From: Candidatus Latescibacterota bacterium
GTDB taxonomy: Bacteria > Latescibacterota > UBA2968 > UBA8231
Direction: 5' to 3'
DNA length: 64,000 nucleotides
NCBI GenBank assembly: GCA_965203175.1
Contig: OZ241867.1
Coordinates: 3,328,001 to 3,392,000, forward strand
The first letter of the stretch is position 1. Each line of letters begins with the position of its first letter. The position numbers and the translations under genes are program-made. The notes beneath the pieces were generated by a model that was given only the letters and a program-made list of their open reading frames with translations, was not told the DNA's origin and did not search any database. Shown piece by piece: positions 39,248 through 48,611 of the stretch.

Positions 39248-39430
39248 TTACTCACCTTCTTGGCTGTCGAGTTTTCGCAACGCCTGCTCCGCCAAGGCGA
39301 CGAGTTTGTCATCGTTGGACTTGTGTGCCAAGTCGCGCGATTTCTCGAAATCCTGCCGAGCTTCATCTATTCGACCCAGTTTGTCCTTCGCGTTCCCCCG
39401 ATTGGAATAGACTCCGGCGTAGTCTAGTTT
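39248..39430 (-). pseudogene. C-terminal remnant of a TPR gene paralogous to 36172-37656
   Basis: DYAGVYSNRGNAKDKLGRIDEARQDFEKSRDLA..KLDSQEGE* aligns with the TPR protein C-terminus; no in-frame start seen. Confidence 0.75.
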
Positions 39431-39438
39431 TCATAGCG

Positions 39439-39699
39439 TCACTCCAGCGGGGCAATCCTGCCGGGCGGCTCTGAACGCTGCGCACGCATCCAAGCTGCCA
39501 TCAGTTCTTCTTGGTGAAGGGATGCCCATTCCACCACAAGACGGCGGGCACGGGCGGGAAGCTGTCCCTCCACCACGCTGATGCTGTTTATCTCTATGAC
39601 AGCTTCATGTTCACCGTACAGCGCGTGAAAATGGGGCGGATTGTGGTCGCGAAAGTTAATGCGAATGCTGATCCCATAAAATCTACAGAGTTCAGGCAT
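39439..39699 (-). CDS. DUF4160 protein
   Basis: FYGISI..DHNPPHFHA.YG..VEWA..HQEEL..W..IAPL. Confidence 0.9.
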   Translation of the reverse strand: MPELCRFYGISIRINFRDHNPPHFHALYGEHEAVIEINSISVVEGQLPARARRLVVEWASLHQEELMAAWMRAQRSEPPGRIAPLE

Positions 39700-39982
39700 C
39701 GCGGCTCTGGATTACCTGCTTCACGCCGGGCATTACTTCCTCAACAGATTTGCCCGTGAGTTCCATGTACAGCGCATCGGCGCAAAGCTCGAGGTCATCG
39801 TCCCAAGCTATGGCCCTGTGGGGAGTTATATGCACCTTCGCGAAATATCCCGGCTCGTCCCAAATTTTGAATACGCCCTTTCCGGCAAGGTGCGACAAGT
39901 CGATCTCACCGGCGACGCCATCTGCATATCGAAGCCAAATGCGGTAGCTAGTTCGTGGCTGAACTTCGGTCGGCTGAATCAT
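39692..39982 (-). CDS. DUF2442 protein
   Basis: YRIWLRYADG..GEIDL..GVF..IAW..ELCADALY. Confidence 0.88.
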   Translation of the reverse strand: MIQPTEVQPRTSYRIWLRYADGVAGEIDLSHLAGKGVFKIWDEPGYFAKVHITPHRAIAWDDDLELCADALYMELTGKSVEEVMPGVKQVIQSRDA

Positions 39983-40005
39983 GGTGCTGCCTCCTCTATG
40001 ATTCA

Positions 40006-42627
40006 TTATTCCCCATTCTTAATTTTCTCTTTCCACTCATTCAGCTTGAGCAACGCCTGAAGCGGCGTAATCTGGCTGAGGTCCATGTCCCGCAACTCCG
40101 CCACCCACGGCGCGTCCGCAGGCGCGGGGAAGAGATTGAGTTGGGGTTGAGGGGCGGGTGGGGGCACATCCGGGCTATGGATGTCCTTGGTGTCGATCTG
40201 GTCCTTTTCGAGGCGGGCGAGGATTTCTTGGGCGCGTGCGACGACTTGGGCCGGCATCCCGGCCATCTGCGCGACGTTGATGCCGTAGCTTTGGTCGGCA
40301 GATCCCGGGGCTAGGCGGTGGAGGAACACCACGTGGTCACCTTCTTCGCGCACTTGGACGTTGAAGTTGACGACGCGCTCTAAGTGGCTTTCGAGTTCGG
40401 TCATCTCGTGGTAGTGCGTGGCAAACAGGGTGCGCGGGTGAACCTCGCTGTGCTGGTGCAAGTATTCGACAATAGCCCAGGCAATGCTCAGGCCGTCGAA
40501 GGTGCTCGTGCCGCGGCCGAGCTCGTCGATGAGGAGCAAGCTGCGGCTGGTGGCATTGTTGAGGATATTGGCCGCCTCGTGCATCTCCACCATGAAGGTG
40601 CTCTCGCCACCGGCGAGGTTGTCGGACGCGCCCACGCGGGTGAAGATGCGATCGACCACGCCGATGGTGGCTTGGCGCGCGGGGACGAAGCTGCCCATCT
40701 GCGCCATCAGCGCGATGAGACCCACTTGGCGGATGATGGTGCTCTTGCCAGCCATATTCGGGCCGGTGATGAGCATGATCTGCGCGCCGTTGGCGTCGAG
40801 GCGCACATCGTTGGGCACGAAGCTGCCCGTGCGGAGCTGGCGCTCGACGACTGGGTGGCGGCCGTCGCTGATTTTGATTAGTTGGCCGTCGTCAACTTGG
40901 GGCCGGGTGTAGGATTCGCTCTCGGCGACTTCGGCGAGGGAATACAGCACGTCGATGCGCGCGATGGCACGGGCGATCTGCTGGACTTGGGGCGTCCAGC
41001 GGGCGGCGCGGTCGCGCAGGGCCAAGAACAGCTCGTTCTCCAGCTCTTTGAGGCGATCCTCGGCCCCTAGGACCTTTTCCTCGTACTCCTTTAGCTCGGG
41101 CGTGATGAAGCGCTCTGCGTTGGCCAAGGTCTGTTTGCGATGGTACTCCTCGGGGGTTTTGTCGAGGTTGGCCTTGCTGATTTCGATGTAGTAGCCAAAG
41201 ACTTGGTTGTAGCCGATTTTGAGCGAGGCAATGCCAGTGCGCTCGCGCTCGGTAGCCTGCAAGCGGGCGATGTAGTCCTTGCCGCCGCGGGCGATCTGCC
41301 GCAACTGATCGACGTCTGGGTGATAGCCGTCGCGGATTAGGCCGCCGTCGGTCAGGGTCGCTGGAGGTGCGTCCACTAGTGCGCCGAGGGTTTCGGCGAC
41401 CAATTCGCTGACGTCGGGTAGCCCCTTGGAGCAAAGCTCTTGCAAGAGCTCGCTCTGCGCTGGGGATAGTGCGGTGCCAATGGCGGGCGCGAGGTCGAGC
41501 GAGCGGGCGAGGGCCACCATGTCGCGGGCGTTGGCCCGCAGGCAACAAATCCGCGCGATTAGCCGCTCTAGATCGCCGACCTGCTCTAGGCATTGGCCGA
41601 GGGTGCGGCGGAGCTCGCGCTGGTGTAGGAGTTCGTCAACGGCCTCTAAGCGGGCGCTGATTAAGGGTGGGGACTTGAGCGGCTGGGCCACCCATTGGCG
41701 CAACAGACGCGCGCCCATAGGGGTGCGGGTGCGGTCGAGGATTTCGAGTAAGGTGTTGGCGCGGCCCCCGTCTTGGCGATTGGCAAGGAGTTCTAGATTG
41801 CGCTGGGCCGTGGCGTCGATGAGAGCAAAGTGCTCGCGGTACTTGCGCTGGAGGCGGTTGATGTGCTCGACTGCACCGCGCTGGTTGTCGCGCAAATAGG
41901 CCACTGTCGCCCCACCGGCGCGGATGGCAGCTTCCATGTCGTCGCAGCCAAAGCCCTTCAGCGTCTGGACGCGGAGCTGGCTGGTGAGGGTTTCGTACGC
42001 GGTATCCGCGGCGAAGTGCCAGTCCGCGAGGCGGCTGAGCGCCACGTTTGGCAGGGCGTTTTGCAGGGTGGCGACCCACTGTTCGTCGGCCCCTTCGGCG
42101 ATGAGCAGCTCGGCCGGTCCCAAGCTCTCCAGTTCGTCGGCGAGATCGCTGGCGGGGATCTCGTCGAGCGAGAAGTCTCCGGTTGACAAATCGACGCTGG
42201 CGAGGCCGACGCGGCCGGCGTGCGCGCAGAGGCCGACGAGGAAGTTGTTGCGCTGTTGGTCGAGCATGGCGTCGGCGAGCGCGGTGCCCGGGGAGACGAC
42301 CTCGACTACGTCGCGCTTGACTACGCCCTTGGCCTTTTTGGGATCTTCGATCTGCTCGCAGATGGCGACCTTGCGCCCGAGCTGGATGAGTTTGGCCAGA
42401 TAGCCTTCCATGGCGTGGTGGGGCACGCCGGCGAGGGGTAGGTCGCCGGATTTGCCAGCGGGACGCGAGGTCAGGGTGAGACCCAGCAGGCGCGCGGCCT
42501 CTTTGGCGTCGTCGCAGAACATCTCGTAGAAGTCGCCCATGCGGAAGAAGAGAATCGCGTCGGGATGCTGACGCTTAAAGTGCATGTACTGCTCCATCGC
42601 CGGCGTGAGTTTGGTTCTCGATAGCAT
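40006..42627 (-). CDS. mutS: DNA mismatch repair protein MutS
   Basis: TPAMEQY, FRMGDFYE, TGPNMAGKST, DELGRGTSTFDG, FATHYHE. Confidence 0.98.
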   Translation of the reverse strand: MLSRTKLTPAMEQYMHFKRQHPDAILFFRMGDFYEMFCDDAKEAARLLGLTLTSRPAGKSGDLPLAGVPHHAMEGYLAKLIQLGRKVAICEQIEDPKKAKGVVKRDVVEVVSPGTALADAMLDQQRNNFLVGLCAHAGRVGLASVDLSTGDFSLDEIPASDLADELESLGPAELLIAEGADEQWVATLQNALPNVALSRLADWHFAADTAYETLTSQLRVQTLKGFGCDDMEAAIRAGGATVAYLRDNQRGAVEHINRLQRKYREHFALIDATAQRNLELLANRQDGGRANTLLEILDRTRTPMGARLLRQWVAQPLKSPPLISARLEAVDELLHQRELRRTLGQCLEQVGDLERLIARICCLRANARDMVALARSLDLAPAIGTALSPAQSELLQELCSKGLPDVSELVAETLGALVDAPPATLTDGGLIRDGYHPDVDQLRQIARGGKDYIARLQATERERTGIASLKIGYNQVFGYYIEISKANLDKTPEEYHRKQTLANAERFITPELKEYEEKVLGAEDRLKELENELFLALRDRAARWTPQVQQIARAIARIDVLYSLAEVAESESYTRPQVDDGQLIKISDGRHPVVERQLRTGSFVPNDVRLDANGAQIMLITGPNMAGKSTIIRQVGLIALMAQMGSFVPARQATIGVVDRIFTRVGASDNLAGGESTFMVEMHEAANILNNATSRSLLLIDELGRGTSTFDGLSIAWAIVEYLHQHSEVHPRTLFATHYHEMTELESHLERVVNFNVQVREEGDHVVFLHRLAPGSADQSYGINVAQMAGMPAQVVARAQEILARLEKDQIDTKDIHSPDVPPPAPQPQLNLFPAPADAPWVAELRDMDLSQITPLQALLKLNEWKEKIKNGE

Positions 42628-42663
42628 GATTCGGGAGGGTTAGGGGGTTGGGTTGGCAGAAAT

Positions 42664-42698
42664 AAAAACGCGGTGGAACGATTGTTCGTCCCACCGCG
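42664..42698 (-). terminator. Intrinsic terminator after rpsA
   Basis: cgcggtgg..ccaccgcg stem followed by a T-run on the minus strand. Confidence 0.7.
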
Positions 42699-42718
42699 CT
42701 TGGTTGTTGCTGCGGGGC

Positions 42719-44608
42719 TTACGACTTGTCTTGCTCAACGTCTTGCTCAACGTCTTGCTCAACGTCTTGCTCAACGTCTTGCTCAACGTCTTGCTCAACG
42801 TCTTGCTCGGCGTCGTGGACGTCTCCCCAGCTCTCCATCTCGTCGTCCTTGTCGGCAGTGTTCTCCTCGGCGGCGACCTCTTGGACGGGATGCTCGGCTA
42901 AGTAGGCTTCGTACTCGGCTTGATCCTTGTCCTTAAAGTACTCGCGCACGCTGAGAACGATCTTTTTCTGATTCTTATCGAATTCGATGACCTCCAGCGG
43001 AAGCTCATGCCCTTCGGCAAAGCTCTGGCGCGGAGTTTGCAACCCGTCGATAGCCAACTGCGACAGCGGCACGAACCCATCGACTTCGTCGACGAGCGAG
43101 ACGACGATGCCGCGCTCGAGGATCCGCGAGATCGTGCCTCGCACCTCGACGCCTACTGCGTACTGTTCGGCGAAGCGAGGCCAGGGGTTTTCAAAGGCAT
43201 CCTTGTGGCTGAGCGAGATGCGGCGGCGCTTGATGTCGATTTCGGAGACAACTACGGGGATTACGTCGCCCTTTTTGAACATTTCGCTGGCTTGGCGAAT
43301 GCGCTTAGTCCAAGACATATCCGAAATGTGCACTAGCCCGTCGATGTTGTCCTCGATCTCGATGAAGGCCCCAAAGTTAGTCAGGCTGCATACCGTGCCC
43401 TCGATCTTGGTGCCGGGGGGGTACTTGGCGTCGAGGGTATCCCACGGATCGTCCTCGGTTTGCTTCATGCCGAGCGAGATCTTCTGGTTCTCGCTGTCGA
43501 TCTTGAGCACCTTCACCTCGACGATGTCGCCGATGTCGACCAGCTTGGAAGGATGGCGCACGTGCTGGGTCCAGGACATCTCGGAGATGTGGACTAGGCC
43601 CTCGATGCCCTCTTCTAGCTCGACGAAGGCACCGTAGTCGGTGATGGAGACCACCTTGCCGCGAACTTGGCTCTCAATCGGGTACTTCTTCTCGATGTTT
43701 TCCCACGGATGAGCCGTTAGCTGCTTAAGCCCCAAGGAGATGCGCTCGCGCTTGCGATCGTAGCTAAGCACCTTGACCTTGATGCGGTCGCCAATGGAGA
43801 CCAACTCCGAAGGGTGGTTGACGCGTCCCCACGACATGTCGGTAATGTGGAGAAGGCCATCGACGCCGCCCAAGTCGATGAAGGCACCGAAGTCGGTGAT
43901 GTTCTTGACCACGCCCTCGCGGATTTGGCCTTCCTCCAACACCTTGACGATCTCCTCGCGCATCCGCGCCCGCTCTTCCTCTAGCACAGCGCGGCGCGAG
44001 ACGACGATGTTGCGCCGCGCCTTGTTGAGCTTGATGATTTTGAAGGGGAACTCGTGGCCGATGAACTGGTCGAAGTTCTTGACCTGGCGGATGTCGATCT
44101 GTGAGCCGGGCAGAAAGGCCTCGACGCCAAATAGATTGACGACGATGCCGCCCTTGATGCGGCGCATCAGCCGGCCCTCGACAGTGTTGCCGGTGTCGTG
44201 AGCATCCTTGATCAAATCCCAGACCCGCATGAAGTCGGCCTTCTGCTTGGAAAGCACGACTTGGCCCTCTTGATCTTCGACATTCTCCAAGAAGACCTCG
44301 ATTTCTTGGCCTTTTTCAATGGATTCTGGGTCGGAAAACTCCTTGATCGGCACCGCGCCTTCGGACTTGAAGCCGATATCGACCATTACTTCGCTGGGGC
44401 CGATGGAGACGACCATGCCCTTGACGATCTGGCCCTCTTTGATGCCAGAGATACTTTCCTCGTAGAGAGCCATCAGTTCGTCGAATTGGGCCTGATCGTA
44501 CTCGGGCTTTTCCAGCTCTTCGACGCTGACGTTGCCGTACACAGGAGCTTCTTGTTGCTCTTCTGTTGCTTCCTGCTGCTCTTCTGCTACTGTGGTTTCC
44601 TCAGTCAT
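42719..44608 (-). CDS. rpsA: 30S ribosomal protein S1
   Basis: Six S1 domains (DIGFKSEG, AFLPGSQID, TDFGAFIDLGGVDGLLH, GLVHISEMSW). Confidence 0.98.
   Translation of the reverse strand: MTEETTVAEEQQEATEEQQEAPVYGNVSVEELEKPEYDQAQFDELMALYEESISGIKEGQIVKGMVVSIGPSEVMVDIGFKSEGAVPIKEFSDPESIEKGQEIEVFLENVEDQEGQVVLSKQKADFMRVWDLIKDAHDTGNTVEGRLMRRIKGGIVVNLFGVEAFLPGSQIDIRQVKNFDQFIGHEFPFKIIKLNKARRNIVVSRRAVLEEERARMREEIVKVLEEGQIREGVVKNITDFGAFIDLGGVDGLLHITDMSWGRVNHPSELVSIGDRIKVKVLSYDRKRERISLGLKQLTAHPWENIEKKYPIESQVRGKVVSITDYGAFVELEEGIEGLVHISEMSWTQHVRHPSKLVDIGDIVEVKVLKIDSENQKISLGMKQTEDDPWDTLDAKYPPGTKIEGTVCSLTNFGAFIEIEDNIDGLVHISDMSWTKRIRQASEMFKKGDVIPVVVSEIDIKRRRISLSHKDAFENPWPRFAEQYAVGVEVRGTISRILERGIVVSLVDEVDGFVPLSQLAIDGLQTPRQSFAEGHELPLEVIEFDKNQKKIVLSVREYFKDKDQAEYEAYLAEHPVQEVAAEENTADKDDEMESWGDVHDAEQDVEQDVEQDVEQDVEQDVEQDVEQDKS
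42728..42808. repeat. Perfect 12-bp tandem repeat x6.75 encoding (EQDV)n at the RpsA C-terminus
   Basis: gtcttgctcaac repeated. Confidence 0.97.
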
Positions 44609-44689
44609 GTTGCGCAGATCCTCAAAAAGGTTAAGACGAAGCGCGCACTTCGCCTGGTGTGATACCGGCGCGGCCTTTCCGCGCCAGCG

Positions 44690-45361
44690 CTAGGCACCGC
44701 GTTGGCGAGCCAATGCGACGACGCAATCTACTTGGTCTTCCAAAGTCATGTCCGTCGTATCGATTTCGACGATCTCGGCCGCAGCGCTCGTACCTCCGTA
44801 GTCGCGCTCGGCGTCTTCCCGATCCCGGGTTTGAATGTCAGACCGGACCTGTTCCAATGTGATGCATACTCCTTTGGCAGTCAATTCCCGATGCCGCCGA
44901 AGGGTGCGCTCATCGAGATTGGCCACTAGGGCGATTTTTAGCTCGGCGTCGGGGAAGACCACCGCAGCTATGTCGCGTCCTTCGGCGACTACGCCCCCCT
45001 CCCGGCCCAATCGCTGCTGCTGGGAGACTAAAGAGTGGCGCACCAAGGGTACATCTGCGTACGCACCCGCTCGGCGGGTGATGTCGGGCCGACGAATGGC
45101 TTCGCTAATGTCCTGTCCGTCGAGCAGGACACGCCCCCGGCCAGAATCCAAATCTATGGTCGAGGTCGCCAATAGGTCTTCCAGTGCGTCCTCGTCTTCA
45201 GGTTCCACCCCACGGCGGGTCGCCGCTAAGGCTACGGCTCGGTACATGGCTCCGGTGTCGAGGTGGCGATAGCCCAGCTGCTCGGCCACCCGCCGGGCCG
45301 TGGTCGTCTTGCCGGTGCCAATGGTGCCGTCGATGGCGATGACTAGCCCTTGCCGCTTCAC
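44690..45361 (-). CDS. cmk: Cytidylate kinase
   Basis: IAIDG..G.GK.T, LDTGAMYRA, AEGRDI..VVFPDA; upstream of rpsA. Confidence 0.95.
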   Translation of the reverse strand: MKRQGLVIAIDGTIGTGKTTTARRVAEQLGYRHLDTGAMYRAVALAATRRGVEPEDEDALEDLLATSTIDLDSGRGRVLLDGQDISEAIRRPDITRRAGAYADVPLVRHSLVSQQQRLGREGGVVAEGRDIAAVVFPDAELKIALVANLDERTLRRHRELTAKGVCITLEQVRSDIQTRDREDAERDYGGTSAAAEIVEIDTTDMTLEDQVDCVVALARQRGA

Positions 45362-46107
45362 AAACCGACCTCGGTTTTGAGACGACGAACTTCCCCAGGG
45401 CTGAGGCGGCGGTGCTGGCCTGCGGCGAGCGGGCCGAGAGTCAGCCCGGCAAATTCGACCCGCGCCAGTTGCCGCACCGGATAGCCGACGGCGCGGAGCA
45501 TGCGGCGCACTTGGCGCTTGCGTCCCTCGTGAATGCAAAGGCTCAGCCGTGCCCGCTTATGCCAACCACTGCTCCAGCGCTCCTCGACTTGGACCTGAGC
45601 CGGTGCTGTAGGCCCGTCGCCGAGCGCGATGCCTTCGCGTAGCCGGTCGAGCTGGTCCTCGTGCGGGTCGCCGCTGACGACGGCCTCGTAGCGCTTGGTG
45701 ACGACAAAGCGCGGGTGCAGCAGCCGGTGGCCGAGGGCACCATCGTCAGTCAGCAGCAAAAGCCCGGTGGTGTCGAGGTCGAGACGGCCCACGGGCACGG
45801 TGCCTGGGTGGAGGTCGGGCAAGAGGTCAAAGACCGTGGGCCGGTCGCGTGGGTCGCTACGGGTGACTAGATATCCGGCCGGTTTGTGCAAAAGTACGTA
45901 TTCGTACTGGCCGGGCAAGGCGACGACTCGACCGCGGCACTCGACTCGGTCGGTACTCACTGCGACTACTCGGCCCGGCTCGGCGACGATCTCGCCGTTG
46001 ACGCACACGGCACCACTTTGTATCAGCGCATCGCTGTGGCGGCGCGAAGCCACACCGCAGCGAGCCAAGAAGCGATTGAGACGCATTTGCGGCTCAGGAG
46101 CGTTCAC
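45358..46107 (-). CDS. rluB: rRNA pseudouridine synthase (RluB/RsuA family)
   Basis: S4 domain RLNRFLA..GVASRR, VGRLD..TTGLLLLT, EGRKRQVRRM; follows scpB. Confidence 0.85.
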   Translation of the reverse strand: MNAPEPQMRLNRFLARCGVASRRHSDALIQSGAVCVNGEIVAEPGRVVAVSTDRVECRGRVVALPGQYEYVLLHKPAGYLVTRSDPRDRPTVFDLLPDLHPGTVPVGRLDLDTTGLLLLTDDGALGHRLLHPRFVVTKRYEAVVSGDPHEDQLDRLREGIALGDGPTAPAQVQVEERWSSGWHKRARLSLCIHEGRKRQVRRMLRAVGYPVRQLARVEFAGLTLGPLAAGQHRRLSPGEVRRLKTEVGL

Positions 46108-46750
46108 CTTCGCCCTCTTCCTCCGCCTGCTTTTGTAGCTCGTCTAGCTCGGAGGCGAGTTGGCGGGCTGCGGTCGGCGGCTGGCCTTCGGCGAGTAGCT
46201 CTTCTAATTCCTTGGGCTTGGGTAACTCGCCCAGTCCCCGCAGCCCAAAGTGGACCAAAAATTCTCGGGTCGTGCCAAAGAGCATGGGCTTGCCAATGCC
46301 ATCGGAGCGGCCAGCGAGACGGACCATGTTGAGTTCCATCAGCGTTTGCAACACACTGGCCGAGCTGACGCCGCGGATGTTGTCGATCTCAACGCGGGTG
46401 ACCGGCTGCTTGAAGGCGACGATGGCGAGGACTTCGAGACCCGCCGGCGAAAGGCGCACTTGGCGCGAGGTCTTGTGGTACTTGCGCAGCCAAGGGGCGG
46501 ATTCTTGGCGCGAGGCGAGTTGGTAGCCGCCGGCCAATTCGACGACTTCGATCCCGTGCCCGGCCGCTTCGTACTGGGCGTTGAGCGCGTCGATGGCCTC
46601 GCGGATATCGCGGCCGTTGTACCCGGCGAGCAGATCGACGAGGCGACCGGGGGTCACCGGCTCGGTTGCCGTCAGCAGGATGGCCTCAATGATCGCGCGA
46701 GCCTGCACAGGGTTGACATCGCGCGAGGCTGCTGTGGGTTCATGGCTCAC
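46094..46750 (-). CDS. scpB: SMC-Scp complex subunit ScpB
   Basis: IEAIL, LE.LAIVAFKQPVTR.EI..IRGV, FL.HFGL. Confidence 0.95.
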   Translation of the reverse strand: MSHEPTAASRDVNPVQARAIIEAILLTATEPVTPGRLVDLLAGYNGRDIREAIDALNAQYEAAGHGIEVVELAGGYQLASRQESAPWLRKYHKTSRQVRLSPAGLEVLAIVAFKQPVTRVEIDNIRGVSSASVLQTLMELNMVRLAGRSDGIGKPMLFGTTREFLVHFGLRGLGELPKPKELEELLAEGQPPTAARQLASELDELQKQAEEEGEGERS

Positions 46751-47528
46751 GGGTCTGAATAGTCCCCGCTGCGGTTGGTTGGAGTGGTGATTGTTCGATC
46801 CAGATCTCGTCGAAGGGACGCGCCTGCTGGACGCGGACGCGCTGCAACTTGAGTAGCTCTAGAACCCCGACAAAGGTGGCTATTAGGGTTTGGCGGTCGC
46901 GGCCTTGGAGCAGGTCCATGAAGCTAATGCGCGAACGGCGCTCGAGTACCGCCAACAGATGGTCGATGCGCTCGGCGACCGAGACTTCTTCTTCGGCTAT
47001 TTGGTGTACTAGGTTTTCGGGCACGGTGTCGAGCACGTGCTTGTACACGGCCAATAGGTCGAAGAGCGATACGGGCCGGAGTTGGGCCGACTCCTCAACG
47101 CTGTCATCAGGGCCTTGGCGGCGCAGGTACACGTCGCGCCGCTCGTCTTTGCGCACGCCTAGCCAGTCGGCGATGTCCTTAAACTGCTGGTACTCTAGGA
47201 GGCGACGGACCAACTCGGCCTTTGGATCTTCCTCGCCGTCGCCCTCGCCGTCGAGACCGAGTTCCTCGCGGGGCAACATCATCTGCGACTTGATTCGCAG
47301 CAGGGTGGCCGCCATGAGGATAAAATCGCTGGCCTGTTCGATGTCGAGTTGGTGGATGTGTTGCAAGAAACCTAGGTACTGAGTGGTGATGTGGGCTATG
47401 GGAATGTCGTAGATGTCCAGCTCGTCTTTGCGTATCAGATAGAGCAACAGGTCCATCGGACCTTCAAAAACGTCGAGCTTGACTTCGTAAAGAGTAGCTT
47501 CTTCTTGTTCGATCTCGTCGCGTTCCAT
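46740..47528 (-). CDS. scpA: Segregation/condensation protein ScpA
   Basis: FEGPMDLLL.LI...LDIYDIPI, MAATLL.IKS.M.LP, F...LEL. Confidence 0.95.
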   Translation of the reverse strand: MERDEIEQEEATLYEVKLDVFEGPMDLLLYLIRKDELDIYDIPIAHITTQYLGFLQHIHQLDIEQASDFILMAATLLRIKSQMMLPREELGLDGEGDGEEDPKAELVRRLLEYQQFKDIADWLGVRKDERRDVYLRRQGPDDSVEESAQLRPVSLFDLLAVYKHVLDTVPENLVHQIAEEEVSVAERIDHLLAVLERRSRISFMDLLQGRDRQTLIATFVGVLELLKLQRVRVQQARPFDEIWIEQSPLQPTAAGTIQTREP

Positions 47529-47541
47529 GAGAGCGCCTGCC

Positions 47542-48045
47542 TCAGTCAATAAAAAGATACGGTTTCCAGCGCTGATCGTCGATACCGACGAAGTTGCGGA
47601 TGAAGCTCACGTTGTTGGGGCGCTTGGGTTTGGTGCGCAGCACGAGGCCGACCTGCTCGGGCAGATGTTCGCCTTTCTTATTGTTGCACAGGGCGCAGGC
47701 GCAGACGAGATTTTCCCAAGTCCCTTGGCCTCCTTTGGTGCGCGGCACGATATGATCGACCGTCAGTTTGCCGTCTTTGCTACCGCAGTACTGGCACTGG
47801 TGCTTGTCGCGCTTGAGGATATTGCGCTTGGAAAGCACGACCCGCCGGCGCGGCGCGCGGATGTAGCGCTCGAGACGAACGACGCTGGGCACTGGATAGT
47901 CTCGGGAGACCGAATGGATCACCTCGTTCATCTTCTCGACGGCTTCGGCCTTGCCGCGCAAAATCAGCAGCAAAGCCCGGCGCACGCTGCATATGCTTAG
48001 CGGCTCGTAATTTTGGTTGAGGACGAGTACGGTTTTTTCCAGCAA
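47542..48045 (-). CDS. HNH endonuclease (McrA-like); start codon uncertain
   Basis: VLVLNQNYEPL, RD..CQYCG, TVDHIVP..GG..WENLV.AC..CN.KK. Confidence 0.9.
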   Translation of the reverse strand: MLEKTVLVLNQNYEPLSICSVRRALLLILRGKAEAVEKMNEVIHSVSRDYPVPSVVRLERYIRAPRRRVVLSKRNILKRDKHQCQYCGSKDGKLTVDHIVPRTKGGQGTWENLVCACALCNNKKGEHLPEQVGLVLRTKPKRPNNVSFIRNFVGIDDQRWKPYLFID

Positions 48046-48199
48046 GAGTCTATCCACGGTGTAGAACTGACTAAACTGACTAAATTTAAAGCTACTTTTG
48101 GCATGTTCCAACCCTTGGATTGGAGTTATTAAGCTTCACCCTCCTACGGCAATTTTGCATCTCTTATAAAAAGCGTCCTAACAATGAACAAGTGCAAGG

Positions 48200-48592
48200 T
48201 CAATGGTTGGCGAGCAGGTTGGCGTAGTCTTGGGCGCTGAGCAAGTACTCCAAGTCCGCAGAGTCGTCAATGCGGATCTTGAGCAGCCAACCGCCGCCAT
48301 AAGGATCTTCGTTGATCTGTTCGGCCCCTTCCGCGAGGTTGTCGTTGACTTCTAGAATCTCGCCGGAGACCGGGGCTATGAGGTCGGCAACGGTCTTAAC
48401 CGCTTCGAGCGTGCCAAAGGTTTCGCTCCTTGCGATATGCTCGCCCACTTCGGGCAACTCGGCAAATACTATGTCTCCCAATTCGGTTTGCGCGAAATCC
48501 GTAATGCCAATAGTGGCGATGTCGCCTTCTAGTAGAATCCATTCGTGGCTTTCCGAGTAGAGCAAGTGTTCGGGAATCTGGGTTTGGCTCAT
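48200..48592 (-). CDS. gcvH: Glycine cleavage system H protein
   Basis: HEW, GITDFAQ..LGDIVF, EAVKTV, INEDPYG.GW. Confidence 0.96.
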   Translation of the reverse strand: MSQTQIPEHLLYSESHEWILLEGDIATIGITDFAQTELGDIVFAELPEVGEHIARSETFGTLEAVKTVADLIAPVSGEILEVNDNLAEGAEQINEDPYGGGWLLKIRIDDSADLEYLLSAQDYANLLANH

Positions 48593-48611
48593 AATCGCCT
48601 CTCGTATTTGC

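Noticed and set aside
42653-42936. ORFs with LLNV / AQRL repeats
   Set aside because: Antisense shadows of the rpsA 12-bp repeat.
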